In this document: positions 35,103 to 41,393 of the stretch, in pieces
Layout of the letters: every line of letters begins with the position of its first letter
Numbering within the stretch: position 1 is the stretch's first letter
Assembly (NCBI GenBank): GCA_012515925.1
Contig: JAAYXM010000196.1
Location: 1-41,393 of the forward strand
DNA from: Clostridiales bacterium
GTDB lineage: Bacteria > Bacillota > Clostridia > Oscillospirales > JAAYXM01
Direction: 5' to 3'
DNA: 41,393 nt
Position numbers and translations under genes: made by a program
The notes under the pieces: generated by a model
What the model saw: the letters and a program-made list of their open reading frames with translations, nothing else
Database searches by the model: none
What the model was told of the DNA's origin: nothing

Positions 35103-36473
35103 TCAGTCTATTTTGGGCAGCGAGTCAAAGCCTTTTTGAAGCTCCTCGTCCGTCGGGATATAATCCTCCAGCTTGCCCTCGTTATAGTTCATATACGCCG
35201 CCATATCGAAGTAGCCGGTACCCGTCAGGTTAAACAGAATCGTCTTGCTCTCGCCGCTCTCCCTGCATTTTACCGCCTCGTCAATCGCGGCGCAAATCGC
35301 GTGGGCGGATTCGGGCGCGGGCAGTATCGTCTCAATCTTTGAGAACAGCGCCGCGGCTTTGAAAACATCGCTTTGCCTGACGGCGCGCGCTTCATCGACA
35401 AAGCCGTCATGATAGAGCTTGGAAACCGTGGGCGACATGCCGTGATACCTGAGCCCGCCCGCGTGAATAGACGAGGGTATGAACTCGCAGCCTAACGTAT
35501 ACATTTTGGCAAGCGGCGTTGTCTTGCCGGTATCGCAGAAATCATACGCGTATTTGCCGCGGGTCATCGACGGGCAGGACGCCGGCTCAACCGCTATGAA
35601 ATAGGGGTTGCCGCGGCCTTTCAGCTTATCTCCCATATACTCGGACATAATCCCGCCGAAATTCGAGCCGCCGCCCGCGCACCCGATGATAATATCCGGG
35701 TACTCGCCCAGCATATCCATGGCCGCCTTGGCTTCGCTGCCGATAATCGCCTGGTGCAGCAGCACCTGGTCGAGCACCGAGCCCAATACATACCTGCTGT
35801 TGGGTGTATTGACCGCAACTTCTATGGCTTCCGAAATCGCGCAGCCGAGGCTGCCCGTGGAGCCCGGGTCCTTTGCGAGGATTGCGCGGCCGGATTCGGT
35901 AGTATCGCTCGGGCTGGGTACTACCTTCGCGCCGTAAGTCTCCATAATGGCTTTTCTGTACGGCTTCTGCTGCGCGCTGACCTTTACCATGTAAACGGTA
36001 AGCGGGATTTTGAAATACGAGGCCGCCATGGCGAGAGCCGTTCCCCATTGACCCGCGCCGGTCTCGGTCGTAAGATTCGTAACACCCTGCTTCTTGGCGT
36101 AATAAACCTGCGCGGCGGCGGAATTGAGCTTGTGGCTGCCCGATGTGTTGTTGCCCTCGAATTTGTAGTAGATTTTCGCGGGCGTTTTAAGCTCCTTTTC
36201 GAGGTTGTACGCGCGGATAAGCGGCGACGGCCGGTATACCCGATAAAAGCTTAAAACCTCGTCGGGGATTTCGATAAAGCGGTCGGTGGTATTGACCTCC
36301 TGCCTGCACAGCTCCTCGCAGAAAATCGGGAGCAAATCGTCCATCGTAACGGGCTTTAGTGTAGCGGGGTTAAGATACGGGTCATGCTGCTCGGGCATAT
36401 CCGCGCGAACGTTATACCATGCCTTAGGAAGCTTATCCTCGGGTAAATAAGTTCGATACGGTATTTTTGACAT
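35103..36473 (-). CDS. TrpB-like PLP-dependent enzyme (tryptophan synthase beta, TrpB2 type), stand-alone
   Basis: About 456 aa, with the N-terminal extension typical of TrpB2, a candidate PLP-lysine region (SGSHKLNSA) and a GGGSN phosphate-binding loop. The start at 36473 has an AAGGAG Shine-Dalgarno. No trpA is adjacent. Confidence 0.85.
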   Translation of the reverse strand: MSKIPYRTYLPEDKLPKAWYNVRADMPEQHDPYLNPATLKPVTMDDLLPIFCEELCRQEVNTTDRFIEIPDEVLSFYRVYRPSPLIRAYNLEKELKTPAKIYYKFEGNNTSGSHKLNSAAAQVYYAKKQGVTNLTTETGAGQWGTALAMAASYFKIPLTVYMVKVSAQQKPYRKAIMETYGAKVVPSPSDTTESGRAILAKDPGSTGSLGCAISEAIEVAVNTPNSRYVLGSVLDQVLLHQAIIGSEAKAAMDMLGEYPDIIIGCAGGGSNFGGIMSEYMGDKLKGRGNPYFIAVEPASCPSMTRGKYAYDFCDTGKTTPLAKMYTLGCEFIPSSIHAGGLRYHGMSPTVSKLYHDGFVDEARAVRQSDVFKAAALFSKIETILPAPESAHAICAAIDEAVKCRESGESKTILFNLTGTGYFDMAAYMNYNEGKLEDYIPTDEELQKGFDSLPKID

Positions 36474-36497
36474 TTTAACCACTCCTTTTTTGTAAAT

Positions 36498-36777
36498 AAA
36501 AAAACCCTTATCCCATATATGGGACAAGAGTTACATTTAACTGCTCCTGCGGTACCACCCAAATTGATTGAATATTCAATCCGCTCTTCACGTACAATCA
36601 TACGCGTTTGCCTTGTAACGGGGCAAAACTCCGTCGGTCTATACTCGGAAAAGCTTCCTTTGAGACCGCCCTCATAAGTCCATTCGGTCATACCGCAAGC
36701 ACCGCACTCCCACCGCCGGCGGCTCTCTTTGGCTGTCTGGCAATGACCTACTATTCTTAATCATCGGTTTAAGATAT
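36498..36777 (-). promoter_or_regulatory. T-box leader with a UGG (Trp) specifier
   Basis: On the minus strand: AGTA-like and AGAGAG boxes, a GGTGGGAG distal-loop motif, the specifier loop GAA-UGG-A (codon at 36680-36682), the T-box sequence AATTTGGGTGGTACCGC (36549-36565), and the terminator CTCTTGTCCC-ATATAT-GGGATAAGGG followed by TTTTTTT (36498-36530). Confidence 0.88.
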
Positions 36778-36783
36778 ACAGAT

Positions 36784-36812
36784 ATTATACGCGCCCTGTT
36801 TTGTTTTGTCAA
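36784..36812 (-). promoter_or_regulatory. Consensus sigma-A promoter of the T-box/trpB2 transcript
   Basis: On the minus strand: TTGACA (36807-36812), a 17-nt spacer, then TATAAT (36784-36789). A long A-tract lies just upstream (36814-36833) and resembles an UP element. Confidence 0.7.
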
Positions 36813-36834
36813 CACTTTTTTTCTTTTTTTTTTG

Positions 36835-36993
36835 CGCGTTGAAAATTGCATGTTTAATTACAGCCTTACCGTGCTGACTCCCTCCCCCTCCGGGGGAGGG
36901 AGTCAGCGTCTTTCTTTCTTGTTTTTCTTAACTCTTCTCTTTTCACTTTTCTCTTGTCTTTTCTCTTTTCACTCTTCTCTTAACGCGGTTTTT
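36835..36993 (+). repeat. Structured intergenic repeat, copy B (closing helix, perfect 16-bp C5/G5 hairpin, 74-nt polypyrimidine tract)
   Basis: Hairpin at 36873-36907 (16 bp, loop TCC). Closing helix AAAATTGC (36842-36849) with GCGGTTTT (36985-36992), formed with two G-U pairs. Tract at 36908-36981 is over 90% pyrimidine. Homologous to 26024-26216. Confidence 0.6.
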
Positions 36994-37026
36994 AGTATAT
37001 AATATTAATTGTAAATTCTGTCGGGT

Positions 37027-37902
37027 GTGATGCTTTTGTTAAATAAACTGCTTAAAGCAAAGCCGGGTGACAGTGTCACGGTTTTTGTTTTGAAAAGCCT
37101 GTTTTTGCGCTTCAACGAACACAATATCGCCCAGGCCGGCGGGCAGTTAGCCTATTTTTTTTTGCTGTCGGTTTTTCCGTTTTTGATATTTCTTAACGCG
37201 CTTATAGGCTCGTTTAATATCTCGGAAACCGCGGTAATCGATATTTTAGCGCCGGTTTTTCCGGAGCAGATTGTGGAGCTTGTAAGCTCTTATGTGGAGC
37301 ATATAACTCAGAACCAGAGCATGAGCCTTTTGTCCTTCGGTATAGTGGTCGTTATATTTTCCGCCTCAAGGTCGGTGCGCACGCTCGGCAGCATGATAAA
37401 CAACGCCTACGGCATCGACGAAAACCGCGGGATATTCCGCAACATCATGCTTTCTATGATGTTTATTCTGATGCTCGGAATACTCGTATTGATATCCGTC
37501 TTCTTCGTCGCGTTCAGCCAGGACCTCGCGGTAAGGCTTCACTCACTGCTTCGAATACCCGTGGAGCTTGTGTCCGTGCTTAATATCTTCAGGTGGCTTT
37601 CGCTTATTATGACGATGTTTTTCGTACTGGCGCTGCTGTACTATGTTATACCGAATAAAAAGCTAACGTTTTTCGGCATCCTGCCGGGTACGTTATTGTC
37701 CACGGCGGGATTTGTCGCGCTTTCGTTTTGTTTTTCGCTGTATGTAGAATACTTTATGAAGGAATCCGCGCTGTACGGCACACTCGGCGCGGTTTTGCTG
37801 CTGACGTTATGGTTATATGTGGCAAGTGTGATACTGCTTGCCGGAGCGGAGTTGAACGGCATAATAGACAGTCTGCCGAACGCGCGTAATCTGAAGGAAT
37901 AA
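37027..37902 (+). CDS. YihY/BrkB-family membrane protein
   Basis: 291 aa, about 6 TM segments, with family-typical motifs (QAGGQLAYFFLLSVFPFLIF, SVILLAGAELN). The start is either the GTG at 37027 or the ATG at 37030. Confidence 0.8.
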   Translation: MMLLLNKLLKAKPGDSVTVFVLKSLFLRFNEHNIAQAGGQLAYFFLLSVFPFLIFLNALIGSFNISETAVIDILAPVFPEQIVELVSSYVEHITQNQSMSLLSFGIVVVIFSASRSVRTLGSMINNAYGIDENRGIFRNIMLSMMFILMLGILVLISVFFVAFSQDLAVRLHSLLRIPVELVSVLNIFRWLSLIMTMFFVLALLYYVIPNKKLTFFGILPGTLLSTAGFVALSFCFSLYVEYFMKESALYGTLGAVLLLTLWLYVASVILLAGAELNGIIDSLPNARNLKE

Positions 37903-37915
37903 TCGGGGAAAAGCC

Positions 37916-39622
37916 ATGGGGATTTTTAAAGTATACTGGAAAAAATACCGTTTTATGTTTATATCGGGCGTATTTTGCGTGTTTCTTGAGGCGGTCTGCG
38001 ACCTGCTGCAGCCGACTATTCTATCAAGAGTAATCGACAAGGGCGTCGCCGAAAACAACCTGGACACGGTTATTCTGTACGGGTCAATCATGCTCGGCGT
38101 GGCGCTCTTCGGCGCGGTTTTCGCGGTAATCCGAAACTACATGGCGGGCAGGGTATCTCAGAACTTGAGCGCTGATATGCGCTTTGATTTGTTTCGCAAA
38201 ATCCAGTATTATTCCGTCAGAAGCTTAGACGAGCTCGACAACGCGTCGCTGATTACGCGCCTTACGAACGACGTGAACCAGGCCGCCCATTTTGCGGGCG
38301 GGCTTATGCGGATATTCCTTAAAGCGCCGCTGCTGTGCTTCGGCGGTATTTTTATGTCGATTATGCTGAACTTCAGGCTGTCGCTGATTCTGATATGCTC
38401 CGTAATAGTCGTGTTTTTCCTGATATTTTTCAGTATGAGACTTACATACCCGCTGTTTTCCAAGGTCCAGCGCGCAATAGACAAGCTTAACCGGACAATG
38501 CGCGAGTACCTGCTCGGAGTGCGGCTGATTAAGGCGTTCGGGCGCTACGACTATGAGGAAGAACGGTTTAACGGGACAAATACGGAGCTGACCTCGCGCT
38601 CGCTTGCCGCCGAGCGCGTGCTTGTCGTTTTCACGCCGCTTATGACGCTCGCGGTAAATACCGGCATAGTCTTAATCCTGTGGTTCGGAAGCTTTAAGCT
38701 CAGAGGCGGCTTTGTTGAAATCGGCGTTGTTATTGCGCTTGTAAACTATATGACTCAGATACTTATGTCACTTATGATGATGACAAACGTGCTGAACATG
38801 TTCATACGCATGAAGGCCTCGGCGGAAAGAATCGAAGAGGTGTTTTTCAAGCCCGAGGAAACTCTGTCAGATGACGGGGAGCGCTGCCCGATTGAGAGCA
38901 TTAGGTTTGAAAACGTAACCTTTTCATACCCGGGCAGCGATGAGCCGGCCTTATCGGATATCTCCTTCGAATGCGAAAAGGGCGAGAGTATCGCTATTAT
39001 AGGTCCGACGGGGTCGGGCAAGAGTACGCTTGTCTCGCTGCTTTTACGTTTTTATCCGCCGACGGGCGGCAGAATTCTGATAAACGGCAAGGATTCGGAC
39101 GAAATACCGCTTTATTCCTACCGCAAAAGCGTATCCGTTGCGCCGCAGAAAAGCATGCTTTTTTCGGGCACAATAAGGGAAAACCTGCTTTGGGGCGACA
39201 CCAACGCGTCTTCGGAGAAAATCGGAAACGCCTCACGCGTCTCCGCCGCGGACGATTTTATCGGCGGGCTTCCCGACGGGTATGAGCATTACATTAAACA
39301 GGGCGCCGTCAATATCTCGGGCGGGCAAAAACAAAGGCTCTCTCTCGCCCGCGCTCTTGTAAAGCCTGCCGACGTGCTGATTATAGATGACAGTATCGGC
39401 GCTTTGGACGCGATTACCGAGTCAAGGGTAAGGCAGGGTCTTACGGAGCTTAAAAAAGAGCGTATTCTGTTTATTGTCACTCAGCGAATCAGTACGGCAA
39501 TCGGCAGCGACAGGATAATGGTGCTTGACGAAGGGCGGCTTATCGCGGCCGGCCCGCACGCCGGGCTTTTGGACTCCTGCCCGCAGTATCGCGAGATTTA
39601 CCGCTCGCAGATTGGGGAATAG
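37916..39622 (+). CDS. ABC exporter half-transporter (TMD-NBD) with a degenerate ATPase site
   Basis: Walker A GPTGSGKST and signature ISGGQKQ. Walker B is LIIDDS (Asp in place of the catalytic Glu). The switch region is VTQRIS (Gln in place of His). Confidence 0.88.
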   Translation: MGIFKVYWKKYRFMFISGVFCVFLEAVCDLLQPTILSRVIDKGVAENNLDTVILYGSIMLGVALFGAVFAVIRNYMAGRVSQNLSADMRFDLFRKIQYYSVRSLDELDNASLITRLTNDVNQAAHFAGGLMRIFLKAPLLCFGGIFMSIMLNFRLSLILICSVIVVFFLIFFSMRLTYPLFSKVQRAIDKLNRTMREYLLGVRLIKAFGRYDYEEERFNGTNTELTSRSLAAERVLVVFTPLMTLAVNTGIVLILWFGSFKLRGGFVEIGVVIALVNYMTQILMSLMMMTNVLNMFIRMKASAERIEEVFFKPEETLSDDGERCPIESIRFENVTFSYPGSDEPALSDISFECEKGESIAIIGPTGSGKSTLVSLLLRFYPPTGGRILINGKDSDEIPLYSYRKSVSVAPQKSMLFSGTIRENLLWGDTNASSEKIGNASRVSAADDFIGGLPDGYEHYIKQGAVNISGGQKQRLSLARALVKPADVLIIDDSIGALDAITESRVRQGLTELKKERILFIVTQRISTAIGSDRIMVLDEGRLIAAGPHAGLLDSCPQYREIYRSQIGE

Positions 39623-39633
39623 GGGGGATATAG

Positions 39634-41393
39634 ATGTCAGGAAATAACCGCGGTGATTATAAAGATATCCAAATCCCGAACATCCGGCGGGGCCCGGGCG
39701 GACCCATGTCGCGCTTTATGCCGTCTTCAAAGCCGAAGAACACTATCGGTACCCTTAAACGGCTCTGGGGCTTTTATATGCGCGAGCTGCCGATGCTTAT
39801 ATTCATACTGTTTCTCGTGCTTGCCTCGACGTTATTGTCTCTCGCCGCTCCCTATCTTATCGGCCTCGCGGTTGACAGCTTCGATATAAAAACCGGCGTT
39901 TTGCACGCAAGCCGGTTTATTAATGTACTGACATTTCTTTTAATCGTATACCTCGCGGGAGCCGCTTTTGAATTCCTGCGCGGGTATCTTATGACGGGCG
40001 TGAGTCAGAAGCTCGTAAAGGGCCTTCGCAAAACGCTGTTTGACAAGCTGCAGAAGCTGCCCCTTACGTTTTTTGACACGAATTCGCACGGGGATATCAT
40101 GAGCCGTATCAGCAACGACATCGACAACATCAGCAGCACGATTGCCCAGACCACCACGCAGTTTATGTCCTCGCTGATTATGATATTGGGCTCGCTTGTC
40201 CTTATGCTTGTTATGAGCCCGGTTTTGACGCTTGCCGCGCTTATTGTCGTCCCGCTCGTGTTCACGCTCAGCAAAACCGTTACGACAAGGACGCGTGAGT
40301 ATTTCCGCGAACAGCAGCGGCTTCTGGGAATCGTAAACGGCAGGATTGAGGAAAACATCACGGGCTCGCGCATAGTAAAGGCTTTCCAGCGCGAGGCCTT
40401 GGAAATCGAGGAGTTTAAGGAAGTAAACGACAATCTGCGCGCCGTATCCGTCAAGGCGCAAATCTGGTCGGGCACGATGATGCCGATGATGAACGTGATT
40501 AACAACATCGGCTTTACGAGCATTACCTGCGTCGGCGCGTTTCTCGCGCTTCGCGGCGCGGCGAGCGCGGGTACTATAACAAGCTTTCTGTCATACTCGC
40601 GTTATTTTTCAAGACCGCTTAACGACATCGCCGCGATGCTCAACGTAATTCAGTCCGCGCTCGCTGGCGCGGAGCGCGTGTTCGAGATACTCGACAGGCC
40701 CGAGGAGCCGGCGGATACGGCGGACGCGAAAGAGCTTATGAGTCTTCGCGGGGATATCGGCTTTAAAAACGTGTATTTTTCGTACACAAAGGACAGCCCG
40801 GTGCTGCACGACGTATCGTTTGACGTGCGCCGCGGCGAGATTGTCGCGCTTGTGGGCCCGACGGGCGCGGGCAAAACCACGATAGTCAACCTGCTTACCC
40901 GCTTTTACGAGTTAGACAGCGGCGCAATACACATCGACGGTACGGATATTACTAAATACACGCGCCGAAGCCTGCGCGGCAATTTCTCGGTGGTTTTGCA
41001 GGATATGACGCTTTTCACCGACACAATCGAGGAAAACATCCGCTACGGCAGGCCGGACGCGACGCGCGAGGAGGTAATAGCGGCCGCGAAGATGGCCTAC
41101 GCTCATTCGTTTATAATCCGCCTCCCCAACGGGTATGACACGGTGGTTTCAAACGACAGCGAAATCCTAAGCGCCGGGCAAAGGCAGCTTCTGGCGATAG
41201 CCCGCGCCGCGCTCTCCGACGCGCAGATACTTATACTGGATGAAGCCACAAGCAACGTGGATACGAGAACCGAGATAAAGATTCAGCAGGCCATGCTGTC
41301 ACTGACGCGCAATAAAACCTGTTTTATAATCGCGCACAGGCTAAGCACAATCCGGGATGCGGACAGGATTTTCGTTATATTCGACGGCAAAAT
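39634..41393 (+). CDS. ABC exporter half-transporter (TMD-NBD), consensus ATPase site, 3' end cut by the window edge
   Basis: Not in the ORF track because no stop codon falls in the window. My own translation from the ATG at 39634 (upstream GGGGGGATATAG) is open to 41393. It contains GPTGAGKTT, LSAGQRQ, LILDEATS and IIAHRLST. Confidence 0.88.
   Translation, partial: MSGNNRGDYKDIQIPNIRRGPGGPMSRFMPSSKPKNTIGTLKRLWGFYMRELPMLIFILFLVLASTLLSLAAPYLIGLAVDSFDIKTGVLHASRFINVLTFLLIVYLAGAAFEFLRGYLMTGVSQKLVKGLRKTLFDKLQKLPLTFFDTNSHGDIMSRISNDIDNISSTIAQTTTQFMSSLIMILGSLVLMLVMSPVLTLAALIVVPLVFTLSKTVTTRTREYFREQQRLLGIVNGRIEENITGSRIVKAFQREALEIEEFKEVNDNLRAVSVKAQIWSGTMMPMMNVINNIGFTSITCVGAFLALRGAASAGTITSFLSYSRYFSRPLNDIAAMLNVIQSALAGAERVFEILDRPEEPADTADAKELMSLRGDIGFKNVYFSYTKDSPVLHDVSFDVRRGEIVALVGPTGAGKTTIVNLLTRFYELDSGAIHIDGTDITKYTRRSLRGNFSVVLQDMTLFTDTIEENIRYGRPDATREEVIAAAKMAYAHSFIIRLPNGYDTVVSNDSEILSAGQRQLLAIARAALSDAQILILDEATSNVDTRTEIKIQQAMLSLTRNKTCFIIAHRLSTIRDADRIFVIFDGK

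Noticed and set aside
36356-36691. A 111-aa minus-strand ORF upstream of trpB2.
   Set aside because: It coincides with the T-box leader, including the specifier loop, T-box sequence and terminator. It runs into the trpB2 start region in another frame. It is a non-coding leader.
36908-36981. The CT-rich direct repeats, and those at 26159-26200, as a CRISPR array or a coding low-complexity region.
   Set aside because: Repeat units are short (11 nt) and interleaved. They have no regular unique spacers, and no cas genes are present. Every frame on the purine-rich strand hits stop codons.
36776-37026. The switch from minus-strand to plus-strand genes at about 36.8 kb as a sign of a replication origin.
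   Set aside because: There are no DnaA boxes in the spacer. Only three plus-strand genes are visible to the right. Divergent operon pairs are common, so the evidence is insufficient.
39653-40523. Track ORFs 39653-39889 (plus strand) and 39940-40523 (minus strand) in a region the track leaves without a long plus-strand gene.
   Set aside because: My own translation in the frame of the ATG at 39634 gives an uninterrupted, clearly ABC-exporter sequence to the window end. The listed ORFs are out-of-frame or antisense shadows.
1-41393. A window-wide search for a defence island, prophage, integrative element or toxin-antitoxin module.
   Set aside because: There are no integrase, transposase, recombinase, phage structural, restriction-modification, cas, nuclease-NTPase or small paired toxin-like ORFs. 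There are no flanking tRNA genes or direct repeats. Gene content is core housekeeping with conserved Firmicute synteny.

Overview
This 41.4-kb window is about 55% GC and looks like a core chromosomal segment of a spore-forming Firmicute. The class is probably Clostridia, possibly Oscillospiraceae-like, but that guess rests only on gene content and composition. Nearly all genes lie on the minus strand in tight, often overlapping arrays.

Gene order by increasing coordinate:
- a LacI-family regulator, cut by the left window edge
- tsaD, rimI, polA, cysS, pgsA, rimO, recX, recA, prmC
- a DUF1385 protein
- a WalRK-like two-component pair plus an FG-GAP-like lipoprotein
- glmS on the plus strand, with its glmS ribozyme leader
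- the sporulation and division block yabR, divIC, yabQ, yabP, rqcP (yabO), hup, mazG and a SpoVB/YabM-like flippase, syntenic with the B. subtilis yabM-yabR region
- mtaD, punA, a zinc-ribbon protein, a Udk-like kinase, hemZ, an MBL hydrolase, rel
- a dedicated ECF transporter (T, fused AA', S)
- a stand-alone trpB2 behind a Trp-specific T-box
- on the plus strand, a YihY/BrkB protein and a heterodimeric ABC exporter pair, the second cut by the right window edge

I found no integrase, transposase, CRISPR array, toxin-antitoxin pair, recognisable defence genes or biosynthetic cluster. I cannot honestly point to a protein-coded novel system here.

The non-obvious signals are all non-coding:
1. 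A structured intergenic repeat occurs in two clear copies, at 26.0 kb and 36.9 kb. Each combines a long C5/G5 hairpin, a closing A-run/U-run helix and a tract that is about 90% pyrimidine. The stems show compensatory and wobble substitutions. Degenerate relatives lie at 31.7 kb and 16.1 kb.
2. A DnaA-box cluster with two abutting perfect boxes sits in a 680-bp ORF-free spacer downstream of tsaD. It lies inside an apparent orphan promoter-terminator unit.
3. A Trp T-box, trpB2 and an orphan ECF transporter form one arrangement.

All functional calls come from motifs I recognise by eye. No database search was run.
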